DNA from: Ylistrum balloti
Lineage: Eukaryota
Direction of reading: 5' to 3'
Length of the DNA stretch: 64,000 nucleotides
Assembly (NCBI RefSeq): GCF_031769215.1
Contig: NW_026782573.1
Coordinates: 434,001 to 498,000, forward strand
The notes beneath the pieces were generated by a model. The model had not been told where the DNA came from, did not search any database, and saw only the letters and a program-made list of their open reading frames with translations. Positions 1 through 11,510 of the stretch are shown here, in pieces (position 1 is the first letter of the stretch; every line of letters begins with the position of its first letter). A program made the translations under genes and the position numbers.

Positions 1-2268
1 TATAACCTGCCATTTCTTCAGGTGTTTAGAGTTGCAGAATGTGTTTCTTCAGTTTTCGTGTTATCACACTTGTATTTTGTCAGTGTTTTTGATAACATAT
101 AGTATGTTTACATATGTAAACAACAGTACCAGGTATAGCCCCCATATATCCTGTATGTAAATTTGATTATCATGTAGGACAAAGCATACGTACAACCTCA
201 CTTCTATCTAATATTGAATTCTGCAAAGGTTGTCATCCTAGAAACTATTTTCAATTAGTAGTGAAGTTTCATTAATATTCTTCATCCACTTTCTTCTTTT
301 CATTTCTTTTTTCATTGCTATGCTTCAATCAATTTTTAAACCAGTGAGGTTCCACTGAAGTCCCAGGCTGTGTTAAATTGTTAATCATAAAAACAAGTTA
401 TAATTCACAATGGATTGAGTTTAGTGTGATAATGAAATCTGTTATAACTGTAATGAGTTTTAATTTTTTTTTGTATCAGGAAGTGTTAACTTTAGTCACT
501 TACAATCTCAAGCCACCAACCATGTATATAAAGAATACAGAGAGCAATATTGATAGTTATACAGGAAAACAGTCTGGACCTTGTAGTGAAAAAATCCAAA
601 TACTTATTTCATTATCTAAATGCAGTACCTGGTAATTATTTTAGGTAAATTAATAAGTACAGGCATTTAAACTAATCTGGACTAAAACATAATACAGGTA
701 TATAAATCCTGGGTTTAAAGCAAAATTGGATTTCATAATCTTTTGATCGAGAATTGATCAAAATTACAAACACACTACAAATTTGAGTCCAGAAAGTTTG
801 TGAAGTAGAGTACACATGCATTACCAATATTAATATGCAGAAAACATTTCACCAATAAATACTATACACATTACAGAGACAAGTAAAACCATCCATTCTG
901 AAAGGTGTTACTTTGTGACATATATTATAATATATACATATATAATAATACCTGAATGTTTCTCCAGTCACAAAAATAATAAATTGTTGAAAAATTAACA
1001 CATTGAGAAAAAAAAAAATGAAATAAAAAAAATAAAAATAATGTAAATGGAATTTTGATTGTTCACATAACCACATTATCTGTAGTTGCTAATCTCACCT
1101 TAACCTTGTGGCTTAGATGTGTATAAAGTCATATGCAAAACATGAAATTCGTTAATAATCAAACTTGAAATCACAGTTACTGGGTGAAACTGAGAAATGT
1201 TACAATTTTGAACAACCCAAATGCACAACGAATTAGCAAAATTAGAAATTGTTTTGGTATTATCTCAGTACATTCAGTGAATGTAGAACTTGATGACGAC
1301 AACATACGCATTTTATTTGGACTCAAACTTAATAAATATTAAAAGTGGGAACTAGAAATAAATTGCTTGCCCCATCCCCCTCCACTAAAAAAAAAACAAC
1401 CAAATTCTTCAATTCCAGCAGGACGTATGTTCCTTTCAGTGCGAGAAATAAATTAAGTCTGAGTCAATAATAAAATGTGTGTTGCGGCGGAATCAATTTG
1501 TTTATACACGACCTTCCTCAACAACAAAACTAGCCTCCCATATTCAAACATTAATGATTTGTAAATGATCCTGAGCTAGGACTTGATTAAAATAGGTGAA
1601 ATGAATGTTTTCATATAAAATCATTAACGTGCCCTCAGATATCTTCAGATTTCTTGCTAACTTGCTTTAACCAATACCATAACTTTGCAGTAAATTATAA
1701 TGAATACATGATTTTTAACGGCACTGAAGGCAAATAACAGTCACTTATTTTTTTTCTATTCATTTACTCAAAATGTTTTTAAAATAAATGATTTTTAGTT
1801 TTCCTTTCTTTTTTCTCAGTGGATCTGAACACAGGTGTAGAAATAATGCTGAGGAGGTTCATGCCAACTGACCAATGTCCTAACACTCAGAAATTTACTC
1901 ACAATACAACAGTGTTAAACATTTTTCTTGGAAAGCTTTTCAAAAATGGAAATACATCAAGCATTTATAAACTTTTCATAAAAAGAAATTTAGAATATTA
2001 ATTTCATTTCAAAATAAATCTACAAATGTGAAGAACTTGTTACTACAAGTATAGAATTCTCTCTTCTGGCATTAAATTTGACATTTTTCAAATAAAATTT
2101 GAACTAGTTTTTAGTAAATTTTGTTTCCAGGTTGTATATATATAAAGACAAATTTTAGAAATACCTTAACATTGTAACAATATCTCAATCAATTATGAAT
2201 TCTATTAACACTGCTGTATCTTTATGAGTGATGGTCACTGGGATAAGAAGTAAAGACGTGCCCCACAC

Positions 2269-2453
2269 CTATCAATGTGTTTCTCTACATATTCCTGGTA
2301 CTGTGCTACGTTAGTGTTGGGAATGGCCCCTGGTGGAGGCTGTGATGACGGCTTTGTTGACCTTGCATACATATCCTCGCCCTCGTCAGGTCGCTCCACA
2401 GGTCTGAAACTCCGTCCGTCAGGTCGGGGGTACGGCATCATAATGTCATCAAC
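2269..2453 (-). CDS. EPS8: EPS8-family exon (last exon found in window; gene continues off the left edge)
   Basis: tag acceptor at 2454-2456 and gtgtgg donor after AG. Reads VDDIMMPYPRPDGRSFRPVERPDEGEDMYARSTKPSSQPPPGAIPNTNVAQYQEYVEKHIDR. Phase 0 start matches the previous exon. Confidence 0.8.
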
Positions 2454-2730
2454 CTATAACAACAAAGTAGGCATGATATTTCTCTTCCCAAGGGACATTT
2501 CATATAATCCAAGAATGATAATAGTTAACAAAATTATTAAATTTCTTAGCTGAGATAAAATTAGGTGGCACAGGTTGTAATTTTGTCTCCTTTTCCTGAA
2601 TTCCAGTTAAAGAATTGTGTTTTATGTTTCTGTTCAGTACATGACGTTACTATAAAATGTTGCTTTGTAAGACTTTGACTTCCTAAATTAACACATAACG
2701 TTATATCCTGTCAGGAGAGATATCATCCAA

Positions 2731-2779
2731 CCATAACTCACTCAACCACGGCATCGACCCATAACTCACTCAACCACGG
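2731..2779. repeat. 28-bp-period tandem duplication
   Basis: ccataactcactcaaccacgg at 2731 and 2759. Confidence 0.85.
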
Positions 2780-2925
2780 ACATTCTAGAATCAAGTCACA
2801 ATAAAGATACTGTTATTTGGACTTCAACAGAGATTTTAAGAATAAAGAGAGATAAAAACCAGAGTTAAAATAGATCAAAAATGATTTAAATCATAGAAAA
2901 ATTACAAAAGGCAAGTTGAACCTAC

Positions 2926-3085
2926 ATCAGGGGATTGGTAAGCCCTTGTCCGTCGTTCAATCTGATGACCCATATTGCTGACTGCAGCCTCCATCATCAT
3001 GCGTTCTGAAGACACTGGAGGAGCAGGTGTCCAACCATTGAAAAATCGAGGGTTGTACTGTTCCATAGGTCCATTGTACTCGTCC
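2926..3085 (-). CDS. EPS8: EPS8-family exon
   Basis: cag acceptor and gtaggt donor. DEYNGPMEQYNPRFFNGWTPAP resembles EPS8 'PPYVPRFRNGWEPP'. Phase matches neighbours. Confidence 0.85.
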
Positions 3086-3273
3086 CTGAAGTGAAAATAA
3101 CAGTCAATGGAAACAGCATAAAGCAACTGGTTATCACTAATGTTACCCTAACTTATACAGAATATCTAATGTATAGAGACCGCGAACTATTCCAATATCT
3201 TCTACACAACTGACCTGACAAATGTGAATTGCTAAAAGTAACAAAAACATGCTATACAAGGGAGATAACTCAC

Positions 3274-3512
3274 TTGTTTGTTGTCCAGTGAATCCCCAGG
3301 GCTTGCCACAATTCTAGTTCTTTAGAAGTCAAGCAGTTAAGGAGGAGTTGTTTTGCCTCAGGAGAAAGAAGAGGGAAACGGGCGTGGTTGGCTAAATCAG
3401 CTCCTCCATGTATCGGGTCACGGCTTGCCTCAAAGATCAGACTGAGGGGTGTAAACAGGAAGTGAACCAGCTCTGGTGCATTAGGGTCATGAATATGTGC
3501 CTTCAGTTTGGC
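3274..3512 (-). CDS. EPS8: EPS8-family exon (conserved central region)
   Basis: [30 protein letters not shown]...ELELWQALGIHW matches EPS8 '[23 protein letters not shown]...RQLWMSLGGTW'. cag acceptor and gtgag donor. Confidence 0.95.
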
Positions 3513-3674
3513 CTGTAATAAAAAAAATAAGAAGTATATCAGTTTGTTTTCTAGAACCAGAGCTATAAATACTTTTGAGTGACATCTCACATAAGCTTTA
3601 ACCTTTCTATCATTGGTCAAACGTCTAATGATAATATACCAAAGGACTATTATTCTGAGTTTGTAAAGACTTAC

Positions 3675-3763
3675 CAACAAATTGAAGGCATATTTAAATT
3701 TCTGGAAAATGTCAACAAAGTCTTCTGCTGGTGGTGGTCTTGCTTTCATATTCAATAATCCTT
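3675..3763 (-). CDS. EPS8: EPS8-family exon
   Basis: EGLLNMKARPPPAEDFVDIFQKFKYAFNLL matches EPS8 '[30 protein letters not shown]'. tag acceptor and gtaag donor. Confidence 0.95.
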
Positions 3764-4058
3764 CTAAAAACACAAAGATAATTTTAACTAGGTCAGTTTT
3801 CTGTAGCAATAAGATACAATCATATTTTGGTTCTGGAGAAGATAAATTTGCAATTTCAATAACAAAGACTACTAGAGCTATTTATCACAAAGGTATACCA
3901 GAAATGAGCAATTGTTGTTCTTAAGTTTGACAATTATAATCTGTAGAGTGAAGTATTTAATATCTACTGACAGAAACTGATTATTCTAATACATGTAGTT
4001 ATCATTTCTTCATTCATTATTAAGAAAATCAAAAAAGAAAGATATTCTATGTTTATAC

Positions 4059-4191
4059 CTCCTCCACGTGTTTTGTGTCTTCTGGCATTACGTTCACGCT
4101 TGCGTCTTTCAAGTTCTTTGTATGACTCAGCTGCTGCCTGAAGTCGAGAGACAAATCTCTCAATGTCATCGAAGCAGCAATTCAGTAATTG
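4059..4191 (-). CDS. EPS8: EPS8-family exon
   Basis: QLLNCCFDDIERFVSRLQAAAESYKELERRKRERNARRHKTRGG matches EPS8 '[32 protein letters not shown]'. Not in the ORF track. Confidence 0.95.
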
Positions 4192-4426
4192 CTACAAAAA
4201 GAAAAAAACAAGAACAGCAATGAGAGTTATTGGCGAGAAACAAATCTATAAACATAATGATAATTTTGCCATGAATCTTTCAATGTAATTCCAGTTATGA
4301 CTTAAACTCTCTAAATATTTAAATATTATTCACAAAGTTAAACAAATTCATAAGTTTCTTAATTTCACTAGCTCAAAAACCCAATGTATAATGTATTTAA
4401 AAAGGTTAGCTGAAGGTGATACATAC

Positions 4427-4530
4427 CACATCACGCTCCAGCACCTCATTTTGTCCGGAGTCATCCATGTTTGGCAAGTAAGATGCACGTGGGTTCATAG
4501 ACTGACTCAGGCCTTGTCTCTGACTCACAC
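4427..4530 (-). CDS. EPS8: EPS8-family exon
   Basis: cag acceptor and gtatgt donor. VSQRQGLSQSMNPRASYLPNMDDSGQNEVLERDV joins QLLN as in EPS8 'IDRDVQILN'. Confidence 0.9.
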
Positions 4531-4580
4531 CTGTAATAAGTACAGATAAGTACTGATAATCTGGTAACCATATTTAATAA

Positions 4581-4637
4581 AGGTGGATAGGTAATCACAT
4601 TCAGTACAGGTGGATAGGTAATCACATTCAGTACAGG
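4581..4637. repeat. 27-bp tandem duplication
   Basis: aggtggataggtaatcacattcagtac, 2 copies plus a partial. Confidence 0.85.
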
Positions 4638-6393
4638 TAAACTAGTAAACATGGTTAACTGTAAATACTACTTTCCTAGGTCTTCCTCTGTCAAGATTAA
4701 ATAGCAATTTAAAGACAAGTGATATCTATCATCTGAAAAGATACAGTGTCTAGTAATCTTAAATGACTGTGGAAATTCAAAAGTTATGTACATCAATCCA
4801 ACATTTTCCCTATCTTTTGTACATACATTATATACAGTACTTAAGCAAATACTTAGGCAAGGGAACTTTTTGTTTAAATCTATATTAGTAAAAAAAAAAC
4901 AAAAAAAAAAAACATGCAACATAACTCATTTTTCATTTGCATCTCAGACAGTTTGGATGTATTTAGATGACTGATTTTCCCTTCAATTCAGTTTTTACGC
5001 ATGCTGACAAGCTGGACATATGGACCAGAATTTTGAAGTGAGGGGTCAAATGAGTCTAGTTCAAATACAGAATGCCATAATGTACTTGCAGGTAAAAATC
5101 ATACACTGCTATATAAAAACATCATTCTATTATTTATATGAATTGGCAGTGAAAGAATAGCAAACAAGCTTGATCATCATTCTACTTCCAATACTGCATT
5201 CAATGATGGTTGCTGAATCTATACATGAAATGTCATTTTATGAACATTATGGTTATTCAGGAGCAAGAATACTTTAAAATATTGAAGCAATAGATTTCAT
5301 CTTCTTCATAAAATAGAAAGGTATTTTAATATTCTAAAAATCAGAGTTAAAATGTCATTAAGAACCTTGACCTCTCACAGGCAAACAAAGCAGTACTAGA
5401 CAACATTGATGTCTTGAACTTGTTTAGTCTATATTCTTGTAGTTATTAAAATATTTACCCTGAATTTAAGATTCCTTTTGTTTGTTGCAAAACCAATGTT
5501 ATTTTTGTATTATCTCATCGTGTTAGCTAGATACTATTTTGTTAAAATATACAATGTATTAAATATATAGTAACCATTATCAGTTTGCAATTGTCATATA
5601 CAATTAATGTCACATATGGTGAAATAGACATTCAATTTTGGTGACAGTGAACAAGTCTACAACATGCCAACATATCAACTACCAGAGGATTTATACCAAA
5701 TATTATGTCATTCCTCTAACACAACCAACACCCTATTACAATGGTTTAACAATGCTTGATGATACTGCCTTAGCAATGCAAACATCATTGTGATCTAGAC
5801 CAAACACAAACATCCAGCTGATCTAGAAAAAAGTAATACCTGTACAGGTTGGAGACAAACCTGTTTGTTACATTATATATCAATTGTACATGCAAAATAG
5901 TTGCGCCTAACACAGCTGTGTGCTATTAACAGTCATGATATAAACATGCATTCCAATTTCTCCAAACACAGCACAAGGAACATCTGTTGAACAATGCTGA
6001 TAACCCTTTACCCTCTATACTTAATACATTCTGCATTGAGCTCTTCAGCTTACATTGCTGACAGTTTCACAATCAAATTTCCGACAAAAAGCCAGCCAGA
6101 GACATTCATGGAAGCATTTAAGGCATTTACAAGCCTAAAAATGCTGGTAACATGCTGATCACACAAAACAAGACACTCAATGTACACGTTGAACAAATCT
6201 ACAAATATACCAGAATGTGTCGCCAAATCAACATCCAAATTCACGTACAGCAGGCACAAGAGACTCGAGACATTCATGAAACATGCTACTAATTAATGCT
6301 TCTGGCATCTTAGTCATGTCTTCCACCGATTACATCTGACACACCACACCTCTACAGATACATGCCCTTAGAAACGGCAATTTATGGACTCAC

Positions 6394-6525
6394 TGGAACT
6401 CGCATAGTTAGCCACAGTACTACCTCCACCATAATCTGGTAGGGAGGCATTCTGGAAATCTTGGTCAACCCAAGTCTTGGAGGAGGACTGATAGTTGTTC
6501 ATGACTTGTTGAGACTGAGGAGGGT
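6394..6525 (-). CDS. EPS8: EPS8 linker exon, symmetric phase 1-1 (possible cassette)
   Basis: ttttag acceptor and strong gtgagt donor. 132 nt open: DPPQSQQVMNNYQSSSKTWVDQDFQNASLPDYGGGSTVANYASS. Confidence 0.7.
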
Positions 6526-8052
6526 CTAAAACAAGCACTTCTTTATTAATAATCCACTTATCTACAGCATCAAAATACAACATGTAGATGTAGCCTGTCA
6601 GTCAAACTTCAATTTACAACTCAAATTAAAAAGGAAAACAACATGTACATTTATATTTAAACATTTACAGCATTAATGTGAACACATCATCAGGTGTGAA
6701 GAAAAATCTTCAATAACTTCCATCAACATGAAAATGATGAATAATTACATCTAATAATAGATAACCATCTACTAGCTGTCAAATTTATTTCACTTACTTT
6801 AATGAGATAACAAAATGATATAACAAAATAAGAGTATTATTAGGCTGACTGTAATGTTACCATGCTGTATATAGTATACCAGTACCATCAAACAGCTTAT
6901 ATGTCACGGTAGGTTAAATTGATGACGTAGGGGTACCGAGGATGGGAGGATTGCCATAATATGTACAGAAAAATATTGACATAATTCCAGCAATTAATCC
7001 ATTCCTAGAACAAATGATACATACTTTTCTAAATTGTACCATTTTAATTGAGAAATTAAACCTACTGTATGAAGGAAATTTCCTGTTATTTGTTGTGTTT
7101 TGGTGAAAAATTAATGATGCTTTAAAATGTTAATAATCATCGTAATTCCAACATTTTCAATCAAATAAATAATATAATTTTTTTAATGAAAAATCTTCCA
7201 CGTTCAAATTCATATCGTGCATGACTGACACTGGCTGATAAGCATTTTAAGTACAAAATATATAGGATTTTGAATTCTAAAATACCAAGCTTAAGATCAA
7301 CAACAGGAAAGCTTTGAAAAGGTCAAAGAAAATCACAAAGCTGTGATTTATATTATACTTAAGTTTTTTTTATATGGTTTAGAAGAGCAATACACATAGA
7401 AAAGATAGATATTGTGATCTATCTAAAAGAGGGTAAAGCAATATTATGAGTAGAAACACAAAAGATGTACCATTGACCCAGGAACAAGGTTATATGTAAG
7501 TTTATATGATTCTTAATGTTTTATAGTCAATAACTCATCTAATTTCGACCAACTTTTTTAAAAGTTGGGCCTTTTCTTATAAGTCTGTTGTTAACAGTGT
7601 TCCTGACAATATCAATGATTAACCAGGTCCATAAAGATTATAAAGCTTCGCGTTCTGGAAAAACTCTCTCCATTCTCACAGTAAGATTAACAGGTAAAAT
7701 GCTCATCGTAAATAATTTCAGGAATCTCTAAAATAAAAGACACAAAATATCTAGGAAAATATCCATAATAACTATTATGAAAAATGACTACAGAAATGGG
7801 TGGACCTTAAATAAATCTGCTTTTGCGAAAACGTAAACAAGACCTGATTGCATGCAGCAAAGAAAATTGTCCAGACTAAGGGAGGTAATGTGCATACTTT
7901 ACTGGTAACATCAACTTATGACATGTTACAAATATTATGAATATGGTATCAACTAATCAGGAAATTTCTGTAATATATGTCATCATGAAGAAAAATTTCT
8001 ATTATAAACCTTTCATACTGTCCAAACACTAGGTTCTAGCTGTTATCATTGT

Positions 8053-8110
8053 AATGCAATTCATAAACAGTTACATGTTTATCAATGCAATTCATAAACA
8101 GTTACATGTT
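8053..8110. repeat. 31-bp-period tandem duplication
   Basis: aatgcaattcataaacagttacatgtt present twice. Confidence 0.85.
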
Positions 8111-8697
8111 AATCAAAGTTTTAGAACAAATTAGGTTCGATATCATGATACTTTAAAGTTTACGTTAATAAGCTTGTGTTTTTATCAGAAATTAAATCAA
8201 TACATCGTTGTTTATGTGTACGAATATAAAAATTACAGTGGTTGACAAGTCAAGTGAAGGATAATATGCATATTAGCACTATTGAATATCTATTGTCAAA
8301 ATGAGCATAAATTATTACAAAATAGTTTTAGCAGTATTCAAATGCACTCTTCAATTAGTCTTTTATGAATAATATTATATTCATGAATATGATATATATA
8401 TGGATACAGGACCCTGTATACTCCCACACATGCTAATTAACTAGCTTATTCAGAAGGGTCATCACCACCTTCAGACTAACCATCCAAGACAGCAGAATAA
8501 CCATTGATCAACTCCAACAGGCAAATTCTTACCAGGAAACATATGAATCTTCAACACATTTCCAATTTTTGAAATTCTTAATGGAAATAGTAAAAACTAA
8601 AATGAAAAGTTCATCAAAATATTTTTCATTTGTTGTTTTTAAAGATAACGTTTCTAAAGCCAAGTTTGCAAAGGTTTTGAACGTTCAGATTTATACA

Positions 8698-8931
8698 TAC
8701 TGTATAGTTGGTAATATTCATGGGAAATTTAATTTTGCTACATCCACAATCATTAAATATAGCATAAAATTAAATACCCACCAAGCACTTGCCGGAGAAA
8801 CAGTATCTAATTATATGCCTGTACACTTGGATACCAATGTATAGACATGCATGAAATTTAAACCCAGTAAAGTAGCCCCAACCAGGACAGCTGCAAAATA
8901 TAACCCCATGAATTTTAACAACTATACAATA
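8698..8931. mobile_element. MITE with 27-bp terminal inverted repeats
   Basis: TACTGTATAGTTGGTAATATTCATGGG (8698-8724) versus the reverse complement of 8905-8931: 24/27 identical. No coding capacity. Confidence 0.75.
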
Positions 8932-9019
8932 TTAGAATTTGAAATTCAAATGTTTCCTGGACATCTGTGCTTGGCATCAGTCGAAGGGTGGGTCAGTGAC
9001 CTTTATCTGGAGCCCGTAC

Positions 9020-9090
9020 CTATGTAACTGCCACGGGCAGAAGAATACTGCTGACCACCGCCTGGGTAGGACCTACCCGCGGGGGAATAG
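9020..9090 (-). CDS. EPS8: EPS8 candidate alternative exon B (phase 2-1)
   Basis: tttag acceptor and g|gtacgg donor. GC-rich 71 nt reading YSPAGRSYPGGGQQYSSARGSYI. Confidence 0.6.
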
Positions 9091-9912
9091 CTAAAGTAAG
9101 ACTTGCCCATGTTTTTACCAATCCAACGACTCCCACCTTTAAAAAAGTTTTATAACAGGTGAGTAAAATCTATGTTAAAATGTCTATGAGAATCAGATCA
9201 GGTTTGAAATATGAACCGAACTCTTAAATACATTGCATATATTGCATGCAATATATTATATGTAATTAACAAAACAAACAAAAAATCTTACAAATTAAGA
9301 ATACCGAAATCTTCACAAACCAGAAAGAACTACTTTTAGTATTAAAGAACTCCTGTACTCCACATAAATTCCTGAAAAGTATTTTGAATTTTAATCACCA
9401 ACGACTCCTTGAATTTAAGAACTTCTGAGATATCCAGTTTGAATTGTGTTAAAAAAGTTTGGTCCATTTCACAATTCCTTAATGAAAATGCACAATGCAG
9501 GAAAAATTGAGCATATTAGTACCAACAATGTTTAATCAATCTAAACCATCTACAATGATAACAATTCAGCACTGAAAGGAAAGACTACTCTATGCTACAT
9601 ACTAGAAAAGATAAAGAAATTTGAAATGAATTGAGAAAAGTGATGCGTCAACGTCTCTTCAAATTCACATGCAATGAAAACACGTAAAGACTTGGATCCG
9701 GACAGTGGAAAATGCTATGAAAAGACACATGCTCAAATCATCAGACAATCAAATCAAGGAAAAAATAACGTGTAAAAATTAAGATTTGACAAAAATAGTT
9801 AACTATGGTAGTGTGACCATTACATTTTATCAAAGCTGTACAGGGTAAAGAAATCCAGGCAAAATTAGGCGATAAAAAAGTCTTCAGTAGATTGTCTTTA
9901 ATGAATACTCAC

Positions 9913-9965
9913 CATAAGGAGGATTAGGGGCTGGGCCTTGAGGTCTTGGAGGTACACCATTTGGA
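9913..9965 (-). CDS. EPS8: EPS8 candidate alternative exon A (phase 2-1), proline-rich
   Basis: ccag acceptor and gtgag donor. 53 nt reading PNGVPPRPQGPAPNPPY. Confidence 0.75.
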
Positions 9966-10851
9966 CTGGAATTTAAATATTGTAAACAATGATATATACC
10001 ATTTTCAGCGTTAAGTGAATCACTAACACTGCCAGATGAACTTCCCATCTTTACACATCAGACGATGGAAAATTTACAGGACGTTGGATATTTTTGATAA
10101 AAAATTCCAAACACACAGAAACGTTTAATTAAGATTTTTCCAAGCTATATGCTATTCATTAGAATATCCCATAAATTTTGTGTAGTTCGAATGAGAAACA
10201 GAAGTTTAATTCTGTCAAGTATGGTAAAATTTGGGTGTATTAGTCCACTAAGGACAATAGTCAAGAGGAAGTTAACAAAATTGTTTTCATGTTTAACTTC
10301 CTTTTTGGAGACGTTACAAAGAAGTCAAAATTCCAAAATACTTCAGTAATTGACAGTTTAGTCCCATCAATATTTTCTTCAAACAATTTTAGTTATTGTT
10401 CGAACAAGAATTGATTACATATATAAAAGAGGTGTAACTTTAGAGTCCCTATACAACTTCTAGCAAGAAACCATTTATTTTTTAGTTACATCTATATGTA
10501 CCCCAAAGTCCGTTTTGAACTTTTACAAAAAAAAATATATATATATTGACAACAATGCCAATACCTTTTAAGCCTTATATTTCTTACAAAGAGGAAAACT
10601 GTGCATCAACCAAGCACAATAAAACTTTTGTATTGGACTAACAAAATATCAGGCATTTTTTTCACTGTTGGCCCATTGCATACAATGTACTATGTACTAA
10701 TTGCTAGAACACCATTCTTCTTGTATCAACTTTTAAATACAGATTGATCTTAGTTGTGAAATGCATATAACATGAAAGATTGTTGATAGTTAATATCACA
10801 ACATCCTGGGAATATTGAGGACAGCTTGGTCCCATAAAATAACTATCTTAC

Positions 10852-10913
10852 CCGTAGTTTGGACGTCGACGACCTTCCTTGGCTGCCAATATTTCATCTA
10901 CAATATTTGGTGC
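10852..10913 (-). CDS. EPS8: EPS8 exon, end of PTB domain
   Basis: tag acceptor and gtaag donor. APNIVDEILAAKEGRRRPNY resembles EPS8 'ANLISEDIESAI'. Confidence 0.85.
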
Positions 10914-11342
10914 CTATAAAGGTATAAAGTCATTAAAATTAGATATCAAGAAATATAACAACTGAAGCTTATACTAGTGAGGAAAATTTTTAATCAATAA
11001 TTGAATGCACATCACCAATACTTAAATGAGTTGTGAAGTATATTACACAAATTAAATAAATGAAAACAAAATTTTAGAACTTTAAGATATATGTATCTCA
11101 ATATTTGACCTTTACACAAATTTTGATCAAAATCTACAAGAAAATGAAGGCTATGGAATAATGGAGAAGACACTGTAGAAAATAACAGAGCATTAATAGA
11201 GTATTCTAAACAACTTTTGTGGTAGCCATAATGGACAAAAACCGATTAATACTGGGATTACATACTCTTAGAAGCCATAATTTGAATGACATTTCTTCTA
11301 TATCTGAAAACTACAGCGAAAATGTGTATACCTCACACCTAC

Positions 11343-11510
11343 CATTTTGTCTGTGCTTTGGAAGATGTGCATGTCTGTGGGTGAGTATTTGTTTCTAGGG
11401 TCCTCCTTCACTGTGAACAGGATGAGATTGGAATAAACCTCATGGTTTTTATCATCCACTACAGCTGTTGGCTCCAGTACAGTTTGTAATGGGAATCTCT
11501 CTTGTTCTTC
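11343..11510 (-). CDS. EPS8: EPS8 exon, PTB domain
   Basis: EEQERFPLQTVLEPTAVVDDKNHEVYSNLILFTVKEDPRNKYSPTDMHIFQSTDKM fits the EPS8 PTB pattern (E.FPL...Y.S.L.L...HLFQ). cag acceptor and gtaggt donor. Confidence 0.92.

Noticed and set aside
1-2268. Search for the EPS8 SH3 and SAM/effector exons
   Set aside because: No WW-containing SH3-like exon with valid splice sites was found, so they presumably lie beyond the window's left edge.
6050-6277. 75-aa minus-strand ORF inside an EPS8 intron
   Set aside because: No EPS8 similarity and no convincing phase-compatible splice sites.
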